Of a stretch of DNA of 64,000 nucleotides, positions 50,101-63,561 are shown piece by piece. The position numbers and the translations under genes were made by a program. Position 1 is the stretch's first letter, and the number at the start of each line of letters is the position of its first letter. This DNA is from Callorhinchus milii (taxonomy: Eukaryota), in assembly GCF_018977255.1 (NCBI RefSeq), contig NW_024704743.1, positions 58,344,001 to 58,408,000 of the forward strand, given 5' to 3'. The notes beneath the pieces are model-generated. The model saw nothing but the letters and a program-made list of their open reading frames with translations, was not told the DNA's origin and did not search any database.

Positions 50101-53100
50101 GATCTTTCTCTTCTTCAGGCATGGCATCTGGAAAGCAATTTCAGCTCATTTGCCTCTCCTCCCCCTACTCTGCAAGTAGAATAGTCACAACATGGTTATC
50201 AGGCAAATGACAAGCTCTCGTTACATATATAACAAATATCAAGAACTCAGGGTTTAGTATGCAATACTACTCATCCACAATAGCTTGCACTTATATATAG
50301 TGTCTTTCACATAGTTAAGTATCTCAAATCGCCTTAAAGAGATGAAGTGGGAGCCTGAGCAGGGTGGGAGATGGGTGGGGTGGAGGATTAGGAGAGAAAG
50401 AGAAATTAATGAAGGTGTAGCCCAAGAGGTAGTCCTTTAGGAAGGCTTTTAAAATCAGAGGGAGGATGTAAGATGAAGGAAGTTAAAAAAAGCAGCCCCC
50501 CGCCTCGTCCCCTCTCAGTCATTAAATCCCAACTTAAAGCCTATCTCTTTAATTTTCCCTACAGTTATTGACCCCTTCCCCTTTTCCCTTGAATGGTGTC
50601 TGACCCCAGAGTATAATATATGACAAGTTCTCTAAGATGTTATCCTCTGTGAAGGATGCCATATAATTGCAATTGGTGTTGAATCCGCCTGCTTAATTTT
50701 AGTTCTCATGCAAGGAGATTCAGTTGACTCTACCTCTTGGATGCAGTGATTTTTCAGCGCAGACTAGAGTCCTCCATTCCTGCAACCGTTTCCTTTTTTA
50801 TTGCAAATCTATCTCACCATTCGGTGCTGAATCATAGACTGTAGGAAGCCCTTCTGCTACATGCCTAGGAGCTCCGAACCATGAAGGAGAACTGTTCAAC
50901 TGGAGTGCAGATCAATTGAAGTACACTACAATGAAGGAGTCATGGGATCGGTATTGAGAATATTGAGGAAACAAAGCAAGAACGTCAGAAAGTATTCATT
51001 TATTACCTTCATTTACAAGTGGCAATTGAGAATTAATGAAATGTCAATGCTACGTTAGAAAATAGTGGTGTCCAACAATTGCAAAAATGAATGATATATA
51101 AAAATGCAATCAGAAAATTCATAACAATTCATGTATTGATTAGTGTAAGTATAATCCGCTACTGAGCTGTGAAAATATGTTCTTACGCTAGCTACAATGG
51201 CTCAGATAAAAGTGTCCCCTCTCTGACAGCTATTAAGGTTCTTAAGGAGAACAGCCCACAGTGCCAAATGATTATTAGTCATTTAGCGCTCAGATCCTGA
51301 TGAATATTATTCTGCAATTAAGACTGTCATTTTTGGTCAGATGATTTTTTTTCATTCTTTAGTAAACCCATTAAGATATAATGGTGCAGTGCAATACTTC
51401 TTAATAAGGTTGCTTAAGAATGAACTTAAGTTGTGTAAATGGAGACTCCCTCCATTCACTGGAAGTGTGTCATGCTGGCCTGCAGCGAATCCACTCTGAA
51501 TGTAGAAACCGAAAATCAAGTCCTGATTTGCACAACTTAGTTTCTTTATTAAGGAAATCTATTAAGAAATCCGTAAATGTACCCTAATAGATTGATGAAT
51601 TTCTTGGAAATGTGTTAATTGCTCCATGATTACTTTCCATAATAACTTCCATACTTTCTATTCCATAAAACAACATTAAGCTACCATAATCCATGACTTA
51701 ACAACCCAATTGTCACTCTGATTCTCCATTTGATCTGTCATTGCTAGATTCTAAATCCTGTGGACCAATGGTCATTGCATGATTAATAGTGTCAAAACAT
51801 CATTCACTTGAGGCAGCTGTGGCACAGTCTGTTACCAGGAAACAATTGTTGTTTGTGGACAACCAAGTTCTTTAATGGCCTTTAACGTAAAGCCGTCAGC
51901 TGAAGTCTGCAGCGGAAGGGTCATCCTTTATGAGAAGGTTTTTCCGCAAGAGTGAGAGAAGCAAAACATTTTGCAGGTTTTAGGTATCAGTGTATTTAAG
52001 TCAACAAGATGAATCTGTGACACATTTATTACTATATGAAAAACAAGCCACTTACTGAGTACTTAATGCAAGTTTGAGGCAGTACAACACCCCCCATACC
52101 TATGGCTGGGACCAATGGATGGGGTCTGAATACAGCTGCACTAGTTTCAGTTCTGAATATAGATGCCAGCAATTATCAAAGATCATTTCCGCTCAAATCG
52201 GATTCACTAATTCAATCATTAGCTTCCTTATAGTTCATTTCATTGCTAACTAACAACCAGCTGGTACTCATAAAAATATCTTCTTGTCCTTGTAAACTGC
52301 ATTTGGTGCATCACTCCACAGAGCTGTTACAGCTCAACAGGTAATGTTGAATTCTGTGCAAACAGATGATTATGGTTATATTACAGCTGGATTTCATGCC
52401 AGAACATGTCAATGGCAGATCAAATAACATTTTTAATTTGCTTTACTATATTAAACTCTTGCACCGAGGGAGACATTGTGATTGCCTGAATGATCTCAGT
52501 ATGTGAGAATATGGAGCCCAAAATTTCATCCAGCATGATCGTTTAGCTTTACAATTTAAGATTGTGCAGAGCTGTGGAAATGTTTTAAACTCGGTCTTGA
52601 TTTGGAAGCCTGTTTTCTGCAATAATTAAAAATGTTTGGCTTTCATGTTAAATATGAATTTCAACATTTTCCACAAAGATGAACAATCTTGTATTGCACA
52701 ATCAAATGATTTTGCAAGACCTAACAAAAGACTATGTGGAACTTCATGTACATAGTTTGGGCTGATTTCAGCCAACTGACATCAATCAGAATGCAGTAAT
52801 AATTTTAATGGAAATACTTTGATCATGTCATGTAAAAATATTTTGATCATGCCATCAAAATACCTCAAAGCACTTCAGAGTATTTACAATAAAATTTATT
52901 TGAAGGCACACGTAATAGTCAACAGCAATGTTCCATAAACAACCATAAAGTAAAAAACAATTTTACCTTGGGGGGATTGTTGGCTCGGATCCCAGTAGGA
53001 ATTCACAACCTTTGACTCAGAGACGAGAATGTTATCAACTGAGCCAAGCTGACACCTAGACATCTGCATGCAACAGTGCAATGGGTACTTCTCTGCTGAC

Positions 53101-53504
53101 TTCCAGAATTGCAGTAATAGGCCATGTAAACCTGGAGAAAAAACTGCATAAGATATTTTAGCATTTCACTCGCCACTCATTTAGTGTGAACTCAGAATAG
53201 GAATTTTGCTGCATTTTAGACTTTTCTGTGTTTCTAACACTATGTCAGAATGAGTCAAATAAGCAAATAGAGTAGTGGGAATCGTGAAGGCTGGAGATAT
53301 GGAATTGATTTCAATGCAAGATAAATAATTGGTTATTAAGAAATATGGAGATAAGGCAGGGAAATTGCTTTAAAAATCTCTCATTATCTAAAATCAAATG
53401 GTAAATAGACTTGGTGGGCCAACTGGATTGCTCCTGTTCCTTTGCAAGGATTATTATTATATTATGTTACAACTATGAATTTGTTAGTTAATAATAACTA
53501 GAAT

Positions 53505-53650
53505 ATGTTAGGTGTGTCCATGTATGGGGTGTGTGGAGTGGAATGTGTGTGTTTGTATGGGGGTGGGTGTATGGGGGTGTTTATGTGTGGAGTGGGGTGT
53601 GTGTACATATGGGGGTGTGTGTGTAGTGGTATTCATGTGTGTGGGGGGGT
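53505..53650. repeat. GT/G-rich low-complexity tract, followed by a short L2 tail (53655-53720)
   Basis: Direct reading. Confidence 0.8.
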
Positions 53651-53960
53651 GGTCTATCCAGCTCCCTGGGACGTACTCCTGACGTGAAAGGCGATTATAA
53701 ATGTAATTTTGTTGTTCTTAGTTTGCCATGTGTCTTCTACAACATATTTTGTACTTCACAAAACCTAACATTTTGACCGAACTTTCAATCATCTTACCCC
53801 TCCCCACCATCTCAGCCTCGAGCCATGTTGGGTGCAAAGGCAGTATGGCTTGTCTATGCATTTTTGTAAAAATGTGATCTATTTAGAAAATATATTCAAC
53901 AGGTGCTTGAATTGCTGATGAATTAACACAGTCTCTGAACTCCACCAGCAGAGCTTCACC

Positions 53961-56038
53961 TGTGCTGGATTTCCTTGAATCCAAAATCAAGGGAATCCGC
54001 TCCGCGGTCACTCCCCCTCCAACTTCCACCCACCCCGCACACCCACCCTCCCACACTCCGACTCCTACCCATCCTCCCCTGCACACCTTCGTACCCGTTT
54101 CCCCACCCTCTGTCACCAAACTCATCCTGTCCCTGAAACCCACCACCTGCTGCCTTGACTCCATCCCCACTCCACTCCTTATCTCTCAGCTCCACCTCCT
54201 TGCCCCACATATCACAGACATCATCAACCTGTCCCTCTCCTCTGGCTCTGTTCCCATTCCCCTAAAAACTGCCATCATCACTCCCACTTTGAAAAAACCC
54301 TCCCTTGATACGTCGCAGCCATCAAGCTACCGGCCCATCTCCAACCTCCCCTTCCTGTCCAAGGTCCTTGAAAGAGTTGTCGCCTCCCAGCTGCGCTCTT
54401 TCCTCTCCACCCATGCATTATTCGAACCCCTTCAGTCGGGTTTCCGTGCTGCCCATAGCACAGAAACTGCCCTGGTCAAGGTCACCAATGACATCTTGAC
54501 CATCCTCGACAAGGGCTCCCTCTGCCTCCTCGTCCTCCTCGACCTTTTCGGCAGCATTCGATATGGTCGACCACGCTATCCTCCTCCACCGCTTGTCCTC
54601 CCATCTCAACCTTCAAGGCCCTGTCATTCAGTGGTTTAGGTCATACGTCTCCCACTGTCTTCATTTTGTTTCCACAAATGGCTTTTCCTCCACCCCCCGC
54701 ACTGTCTCGTGCGGTGTCCCTCAGGGCTCTGTCCTCGGTCCCCTCCTCTTCACCCTCTATATGCTCCCCCTTGGTGACATCATCCGCAGACATGGGGTTA
54801 ACTTCCACATGTATGCGGATGACACCCAACTCTACCTTTCCTCCTCTACCCTCAACTCCACGACCACCGATGTCCTGACAGCTGCCTGTCCGACATTGAG
54901 TCCTGGACGAGAGACAACTTTCTTCAGCTCAACGTGCGAAAACTGAGGCCCTCCTGATTGGCTCACGTCAGCGCCTCCGCACCTCAGGCGCTGACAGCAT
55001 CAGCATCCAAGGCTGCACTCTCCACCTCTCAAAGCCAGTCAGGAACATCGGTGTTCTGTTCGACCCTGAGCCGTCCTTTCTTCCTCATATCCGCGCCACA
55101 ACTGGCACCGCCTTCCATCACCTCCGAAACATCGCCAGACTACGGCACTACCTCACCCCTCACGCTGCTGAAACTCTGGTCCACGCCTTTATCACCTCAA
55201 GGCTGGACTATGGGAACTCTCTCCTCGCCGTCTTCCCGGCACCTCCCTCCACAAGCTGCAGGTCATTCAGAACTCTGCAGCTCGTGTACTGTCCCGCACC
55301 AGGCTTCGGGACCACATCACTCCCACCCTCGCTCGCCTCCACTGGCTTCCCATCCCCCAGAGGATCGAATTCAAGATCCTCATCCTCACCTACAAGGCCA
55401 TTCACGGCCTTGCTCCCTCCTACCTCTTCAACCTACTATACATGTTGTGTAACTTTAAGGGACCTGTGTGTTATCCAATGATGCTTGTCTAAACTATGGC
55501 ATTCTAGTCTGTGTCATTTAATGCTACTTCATATGGGGCCATAGCCCACTAGACCATCAGAGGATCTGCAAAACCTTATCCTCATCCTCACCTACAAGGC
55601 CATTCACGGCCTTGCTCCCCCCTACCTCTCCGACCTACTTACCTGCCCGTACCCTCCATTCCTCTGGCTCCGGGCTGCTCCACATCCCCCACCCCAACCG
55701 CCCTACCATCGGTGGTCGGGCCTTCAGCCTCTCAGCCCCTAGGCTCTGGAACTCTATCCCCCAGTGCCTTCGCCGCCTCCTCCCTTTCCTCCTTCAAGGC
55801 CGGTCTCAAGACCTTTCTCTTTGACCGTGCCTTCAGCTCCCCTCTCAACTCCCCTCCTCGCCCCCTCCCTTCCCTCCCCTCACCCTGACCATTTCCCCCC
55901 TCCTCGCTCCCTCCCTTCCCTCCCCTCACCCTGACCATTTCCCCCTGCTCGGGTCCTGACCCAACTGTCCAGCGCTTTGGGACGTCCTCCCGACGTGAAA
56001 GGCTCTCTATAAATGGAATCTTGTTGTTGTTGTTGTTG
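53961..56038 (+). mobile_element. Young L2, 5'-truncated and frameshifted, interrupted at 55440-55577
   Basis: Near-identical to ~8178-10074; YADD present; (GTT)n tail. Confidence 0.93.
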
Positions 56039-56903
56039 TACACCAGGAAACAGCTATGAGAGAACATAGACATTTTAGAAACAGTAATATGCCACCAAGA
56101 TGCTCAGCAAAGTTGTCCATTTGTGTTGCTTAATACTTACCACTTTCCAAGTCATTGGAAAAGTCTTGATATCTAGCCTTGCTTGCAAACTCTTTGGCTT
56201 TGCATGAAGAAGGGACGAATCTTTTCCATTCCTTATTTATGTCAGATGATTAGCTGGAGGATTTAGATCATAAATGCACATTATCACCAGAATTAGCGTA
56301 ATCTACCAGAGGAATCTGCTGCACACTAAATATGCTATCAAATACTAAGGTATTAAAAATGTAAAATGTATTATTCTAGTTTTTTTAATTACATTTAAAT
56401 TGTGCTCATGAGGTAATGAATATCAGTTATTATGTACATAGGTTGGATCACCTTTAAAGGGATTAGCACAAGAATAATCTGATGTTTGTGAGAAAAAGGA
56501 AAGTGGGTACGCAACAAGCACAGGGTGAAGAATTCCAGGATTTGGAGGATGTAGACGGGCAGAAAAATGATGGCGTTACTTGCTTATCAACAATGGAAAG
56601 AAGTGCCTTGATGTGTAAAGACCAGCAGGGAATCCTCTGTATACTAAGCTGATTCACAAGACCTAAGGTTCAGATTTATCTAATTTATTTCAATGAACTT
56701 TACAATATATGCTGTGAAGCACTTCGAGATGTCTTAACGATGTGATAAGGCATTATATCAAATGCAAGTATTATTATGATTATAAGCTCACATTATCTTT
56801 TTGATTTTTGTGGGTTGGTGTGACATACATGTAGGTCCATGCTTTAGATCCACTTTACTGGGGTCTCAAGGTGCTTTAAGGGGCAGTAAAGCCAGCAACA
56901 GAA

Positions 56904-57213
56904 GTCCTGTAGCTCAGTGGTTAGAGCACTTGCCTTGCAAGCGAGACACCTGGGTTCAATTCCAGGCAGAGGGCGAAACCGCAGGCAAGTTTCCTTACTC
57001 CACACGCCTGATAATAATCCCTCCGAAACAAAACAATAATAAATTGGTCATTTTCAATCCACGACTGTTTGTGGGACACTGCTGTGCATAATTGGCTGCC
57101 GTTTTTCGCCCACAACTAGACAGTCAATTCATTTTACAGCCTATTCTGTGAAGCGCTTTGAGACGTCGGGAAGACGTGAAAAGCGCTATATCAAATGCAA
57201 GGATTATTATTAT
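56904..57213 (+). mobile_element. tRNA-SINE (short variant), full length
   Basis: gtcctgtagctcagtggttagagcac...gggttcaattcc head; tail intact. Confidence 0.9.
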
Positions 57214-57778
57214 ATTCAATCAGGTAAATCCAGACTTGCGAAATACAGCAAAAAGTTTCTGAGCCGTGTTATATGTGGGTTTTGTGTATTCCTGGTAACG
57301 ACATGCCGCAAGTATGTCTCACTTTACAAGTTTGCATTTTCCTTTCTTATGAAATTGGGAAATGTAATTTCTGCAAATAGATAAGCATGTTTCTATTGCA
57401 TTTTTGGTGCTACATAAACTGGTATCAGTGTGAAACTAGTGAGTAGCCAGAAGCGACTGGGAATGAATAGATGAAATTAATCAGTTCTGGTTCCCATTAA
57501 AATTAATGAGCAGTGGAGTTGTAAATTTGAATGTAGCATCTGACATGAGTGTGGAATGTGAGCTCAGTGACTAAATCAGCACAATTCTTCAAACTCATAA
57601 GCACTGACTAAAAATTTCCTCTAGACTCATTTTTAATAATGAAAAGAAAAGCAGAGGTTTATGCAAAGGAAACATTGCTGAGAAAAAGCCATGGATATGG
57701 ACATTTTAATTAAAACATTTTGCATTATTTCTTAACAGTATTCCTTGAGAACGAATCCAAGCCTTACAAATGGAAACT

Positions 57779-58085
57779 ATTAATAATAATAATAATCCTT
57801 GCATTTGATATAGCGCTTTTCACGTCGGGAGGACGTCCCAAAGCGCTTCACAGAACACTGTAAAGTGAATTGACTGTATATTTGTGGGCGAACGCGGCAG
57901 CCAATTGCGCACAGCAATGTCCTACAAACAGTCGTGGATTGAAAATGACCAATTTATTATTGTTTTGTTTTGGAGGGACTATTATTAGGCTCTGTGTGGA
58001 GTAAGGAAACTTGCCCAAGGTTTCGCCCTCTGCCTGGAATTGAACTCAGGTCTCTCACTTGCAAAGCGAGTGCTCTAACCACTGA
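57779..58085 (-). mobile_element. tRNA-SINE (short variant)
   Basis: Family match; tail stem-loop identical to the L2 one (gggacgtcctcccgacgtg). Confidence 0.9.
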
Positions 58086-58097
58086 CAAGCGGAAGTG

Positions 58098-60960
58098 CAA
58101 TACAATACCAAATTACATTTGTAAAGCGCTTTTCATGTCGGAAATTCGTTCAAGATGCTGAACTGTCAAGGTCATTAGGACTTGAGCGGGTGGGGTGGGG
58201 GTATCAGGGAGGGTGGAGGGCAGAGAGGGATAGCCAAAGGCACGATTGAACAGGAGGGTCTTGAGGTATGCCTTAAAGGAGCCAAGGGAGGGAGCTAGGC
58301 GAAGTGAATGTAGGATGGAGTTCCAGAGGATGGGAGCAGAGAACCTGAAAGCCTGGCTGCTGATGATGGGACGGGTTGGGTTGGGGGACATGGAGCCTGC
58401 TGAGCGGAGGGAGCGGACATCTTGATAAGGGGTCAGCAAGTCAGAGAAGTAGGACTGAGCAAGGCCGTGGAGGGCCTTGAAGGTGAGGACGAGGATTTTT
58501 ACCTCAATTCTCTGAGGGATGGAGAGCTGGAGGAGCGTGGGTGAGATGGGGTCACAGAGGCTGGTGCAGGCGAGGACATGAGCTGCTGAGTTCTGGATGA
58601 TCTGCAACTTGTGGAGGAAAGAGTTGGGAAGGCCGACAAGCAGGGAGTTGGTATAGTCGAGCCTAGGTGTACTGGCATGTATGAGTGTTTTAGCGGCCTG
58701 AGAGGTGAGGTGGTGGCGAAATCGGGCAATATTGTGGAAGGCAAAGCCAGTCATGGCATGGATATGGGGGAGAAAAGACAGTTGAGGGTCAAATAGAATG
58801 CCCAGGTTCCTGACTGGTTTGGTGAGGTGGAGTGTGCAATTGTCAGCGCCTGAGGTGTGGAGGCGTTGACGGGAACCAATCAGGAGAGCCTCAGTCTTGT
58901 TGACGTTCAACTGTAGAAAGTTGGCTCTCATCCAGGACTTGATGTCTGACAGACATTCTGTCAGGACAGCAGTGGTCCTGCAGTCGATGGTGGAGACAGA
59001 GAGGTAGAGTTGGGTGTCATCCCCATACATGTACAAGTTGACCCCATGTCTGCGGATGATGTCACCAAGAGAGGGCATATAGATATTGAATAGGAGGGAA
59101 CCAAGGACAGAGCCCTGAAGAACACCACATGAGACAGTGCAGTGGCTAGAGGAGAGGTTGACAATACTGCAGCTGGTTTTACAGGGGTGGGAATGGTGCC
59201 AGTTGCAGGGTGAGATTAACAAGGTCTGAAAGTAAAGGGGCGAGGAGGTGAAGCTGGGAGGTAAGGAGAGGGGTACGGATGGGGGTTGAGGGAGCAGGTA
59301 GTGGGCTTCATGCGGGTTATAGTGTGGTGAGAGAAGAGAGGGAGACAGGTTTGAAGGTGTGGAGGGAGGGATGGGTAGGGGCCGGAGTATGAGGGAGAGA
59401 TGGGGAATGAGTGCCGGTTGGGAGGGTGGAGTCGGCTGAACGGATCCCCTCGATTTTGGTCTTGAGGAAATCCAGTATCTCCTTGGAGTTGGAGGAGAGG
59501 ATGGACAAGGCCTGAGAGGGTGGGCGGAGGTTGGTGGTGGAGAAGAGGAGCCTGGGGTTATCCTTGGACTCCAAGATTATACTGGAATAGAAGGACAATT
59601 TAGCGGAGGCGAGGGTGGAGCAGTAAGTTTTGATGTGGTCCAGCCAGATCTGCCGGTGGACTGTTAGATTAGATTTGAGCCAGGTACATTCGACGGTACG
59701 CATCTGACCCTTGAGTGAGCAGAGGTGGACAGGGTGAGTTGCGCGAGTAGGAGATGGTTCAGGAGGTGAGGAGGGCCAAGGGCATCAAGAATGGTGGAGA
59801 CGGAGTTGTGGAGGAGAGTGACTGAGGAGGATAAGTCAGTGCAGGAGGAAGGGCAGAAAACAAGGAGTTCAGACAACACCAAGGCAGGGGAGAGCGAGAG
59901 TGGAGCAATTATTTGCCGGGGCGATGGTTTGGGTGGCGGTGGGGATAGGGATTCATGTGTTCAGGGAAATTAAATAGTGATCGGAGATGGCTCTATCGAT
60001 GATTGTGAGGTCCGAGATACTGAGGCCTCAGGTAATTGCCAGCTCGCCGGATGGTGTGGCCTCAGTCAGGGGGAAGGTGTCGCCTGGGGTGATCCAGGTT
60101 TCAGTGATGGCCAGGATATTAATGTTTTCATCAACGATGATGTCGTTGACGGCGAAAGCCTTGTTGGAAAGGAAGCGAACAGCCTAGTCCCACAGTCAGA
60201 CCGACAGACGATTCCCAGGCTGGAGCAGAGGGATGGAGATAGGAGGCGAGGAGGACAGAGTGGAAGAGTTGCAGGGTAAGGAGCATTTTTGGGGAAAAGC
60301 GCTTGGGTCGACTTAAGGCAGGCAGCTAGTGGAGCATGGTCAGCCCACAGACATGGAGACTGTGGGAACTAGAGATGGCTCAGAGGTGGGAGAGGGGGTA
60401 GGGCACTCATTGTGTTATCCACCAGGTTGCGCAACCTGAAAGATAACACCGAGCAGCCTGCAGGGAAAAGTCAGAGGAGGGGGAAGGAGATACCAATAGA
60501 CTATACTACACCTGGTTCTGGGGATTCAAACCTGGTGGGCAGAAGTGACGTCACGTGGACATTTAGGCGGGAAATTGTGAAATGGCGGCTCCACCTGAAC
60601 CCAGTAATGGCCCCCACTCGATCCCCGAGATCTCAGCCTACCTACCGCTACCTGCCAGCTACTGCCTTCCTCGCTCCAGGAGGCCTCGCTGCCACTACTC
60701 ACCTCTCACACTGACCCCGCTTCCGCACTAACCTAGAGCCGGAGCAGCTCAGTTTGCCCCACCACTGCTGCTTCTGGTTACATCCCTCCCACCAGCCTCA
60801 AATCTGCCCCTTGAAACTCTCCTCAGGTTCCTCCTCACTCCGCTTTCGTCGAACGAGCCTTCGACCCTCGCGCCAGTCACTGCCCCCGCTCGTTCACTCA
60901 TAGCCCTAGCGCTCGCTGCTCATGTCTGCTCTCAGTGCCCATTGCTCGCATCAAGTACAT
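58098..60960 (-). mobile_element. Older L2 subfamily copy with internal deletions, retaining APE start and a GC-rich 5' region
   Basis: GVLQGSVLG, YGDD, LWNS...FKAYLKT (58113-59222); TVHRQIWLD (59317-59703); APE start homologous to ~7050-7200 at ~60040-60200; 5' boundary uncertain. Confidence 0.85.
60545..60589. promoter_or_regulatory. CRE/ATF, E-box, E2F and YY1 motif cluster
   Basis: GTGACGTCAC 60545-60554, CACGTG 60552-60557, GGCGGGAAA ending 60574, AAATGGCGGC 60580-60589. Confidence 0.55.
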
Positions 60961-61134
60961 CGCTTGTGAAGTACAATTTTGTGTGAGCACTTTTAGACAT
61001 CTCAACTACATGATAAGGCACTGTATGAAAATACAATGATTATTATATTATTGCATCAATCTGTGGGAACGCCATTTCAACATGATCTACTTCCAGAGTG
61101 GAGTGTGCACAGGATAGAGAAATTTTAAAGGTCA

Positions 61135-61540
61135 ATATCTTTTTGGCTCAATTGTCAGCACTTTCATCTCTGGTGTCAGAAAGTTGTATGTTGAAGATCC
61201 ACATTGAGACATTGAGCTCACACTGATACTCCAGTGCAGTGCTGGGGTACTAATGTGTTAACGTCCTTCAGATAAAATGATGAATCTAGGTCCGGTCGAC
61301 CTGTCCAGGTAGATGTTAAAAATCTTGTGTCACTATTCAAAACGAGAATGGAGGTTGTCCCCGTTACCTGATCAACGATTCTCCAGCTAAATTAACCATT
61401 CACTTCATGGTTAGTTGTAGGGCATCACTGTGTGCAAATTAGCTGCCATATTTGCCTACAATACACAATCGCTACACTAAACAGACATTCCCTGTGAGGC
61501 ACTTTTTATTAAAACTACATCAAATGCAATTATTATTCTG
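61135..61540 (+). mobile_element. Deu-domain SINE
   Basis: ttggctcaattgtcagcac head, ccttcagataaaatg core. Confidence 0.7.
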
Positions 61541-61838
61541 TTTAAAAATAGTGCAAGTCATTGTTTATTTTCAGCTACACATCTTTAAAAGAGAAAGAGA
61601 TTTTTCTCTTTATCACATTACCACTTTTAATTATGTACTTGGGCCTCAGCTATTTACAATTTACATCAATGATATAGACGAGGACATTGAATTTAACGTA
61701 TCTAAATTCGCGGATGACAATAAACTAGGTGGGAGAGTAAGCTCCGAGGATGATGCAAAAAGATTGCAACGGGATATAGATAGGCTAGGGGAGTGGGCGA
61801 GTAGGTGGCAGATGGAATTTAATGTGGGGAAGTGTGAA

Positions 61839-62165
61839 TAATAATAATAATAATAATCCTTGCATTTGATATAGCGCTTTTCACGTCGGAAGGACGTCCC
61901 AAAGCGCTTCACAGAACACACTGTAAAGTGAATTGACTGTAAATTTGTGGGCGAACGCGGCAGCCAATTGCGCACAGCAATGTCCCACAAACAGTCGTAG
62001 ATTGAAAATGCCAATTTTTTATTATTGTTTTTGGTTTTTTGGAGGGATTATTATTAGGCGTGTGGAGTAAGGAAACTTGCCCAAGGTTTCGCCCTGCTTG
62101 GAATTGAACTCAGGTCTCTCGCTTGCAAAGCGAGTGCTCTAACCACTGAGCTACAGGACTCCACA
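61839..62165 (-). mobile_element. tRNA-SINE (short variant) nested in CR1
   Basis: CR1 sequence gtgaa appears on both sides. Confidence 0.92.
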
Positions 62166-62606
62166 AAGGTGAAGTTATTCACCTAGGTAGAAAAAATAGA
62201 AAAACAGATTATTTTCTGGAGGGGGAGAGATTAGATAGTGTTAGTGTTCAGAGGGATTTAGGTGTCCTTGTACACCAGTCTCAAAAAGTTAGTTTGCAGG
62301 AGCAGCAAGCAACTAAGAAGGTGAACGGCATGTTAGCGTTCATTGCAAAAGGTTTAGGGTACAAGAGTAGAGAGGTCTTGCTGCAACTGTATAGGGTCTT
62401 GGTGAGACCGCACCTGGAGTATTGTGTGCAGTTTTGGTCTCCTTATTTAAAAAGGGACATACTTGCCCTAGAGGGGGTGCAGTGTAGATTCACTCGGTTA
62501 GTTCCTGGGATGAGGGGACTGACCTATGAGGATAGGCTGAATAAACTAGGGCTATATTCTCTAGAGTACAGAAGAATCAGGGGAGATCTTATTGAAACAT
62601 ATAAGA

Positions 62607-62760
62607 TGGAGTCCTGTAGCTCAGTGGTTAGAGCACTCACTTTGCAAGCGAGAATTCACTTTAAAGTGAATTCACTTTACAGTGTGTTCTGTGAAGCGCT
62701 TTGGGACGTCCTCCCGACGTGAAAAGCGCTATATCAAAAGCAAGGATTATTATTATTATT
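62607..62760 (+). mobile_element. Internally deleted tRNA-SINE nested in CR1
   Basis: Head joined to tail through a palindromic junction. Confidence 0.88.
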
Positions 62761-63561
62761 CTTAAAGGGCTGGGTAAAGTAGACACTGAGGGTCTGTTTC
62801 CCCTGGTAGGAGAATCTATAACCAGGGGTCACAGTCTTAAAATGAAGGGTCAGCCTTTTAGAACAGAGGTGAGGAAACATTTCTTCACTCAGAGGGTAGT
62901 GAATTTATGGAATTCACTACCCCAGAAGGCTGTAGATGCTCAGTCCTTGAACATCTTCAAGGCTGAGACTGATAGATTTTTAAAAACACAGAGGGATTAG
63001 GGGATAGGGCAGGTAATTAGAGTTAGGTCTGAAGATCAGCCATGATCTTATCGAATGGCAGGGCAGGCTCGAGCGGCCAAATGGCCTACTCCTAATTCTT
63101 ATGTACTTTCTCCAGGAGTGTTCATTACATCTTAATAACTGCACAGTAGAAGCCAATTCAGACTGAGTCACTGAGATATTTATGTAACTATTCTCGTTAA
63201 AACACAGACTCTGACATTTCTGAGCAATCTGTGATCTGATATTATAATCTAAATTCCAAGTTTATTTTATTATCTTTGATAAAGGTGAATTCATTTCATC
63301 TTTTGCTGGTACTTGAATAGTAATAATGAGTTCAATGGCCAAAGGTGAGCAAATATGTGCATGCAATGGATCTGAACAAAACAATGCTTAGAATGATTTT
63401 GATCATTTATGAACAAAGATAGTTGTTATGTCAATGATGAGGGTGGAATGTTTTTAAACTTTTTATGCCAAATCTAAACTGACCAGTATGGTGTAAAGGG
63501 ATTCCCCAGCTCCCGAGGCTATCCACAGGAGAGGCACACGGTTTATCCCAGTAGAGGTATA

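Larger units (their letters stand above)
61635..63105 (+). mobile_element. CR1 LINE, 5'-truncated, hosting two SINE insertions
   Basis: Near-identical to ~24240-25230; FADD and RPHLEYC motifs. Confidence 0.93.

Noticed and set aside
56904..56980. tRNA-Ala(TGC)-like gene (also at 62090-62165 and other SINE heads)
   Set aside because: Box A/B and the anticodon arm are present, but the acceptor stem does not pair and each copy continues into a SINE body.
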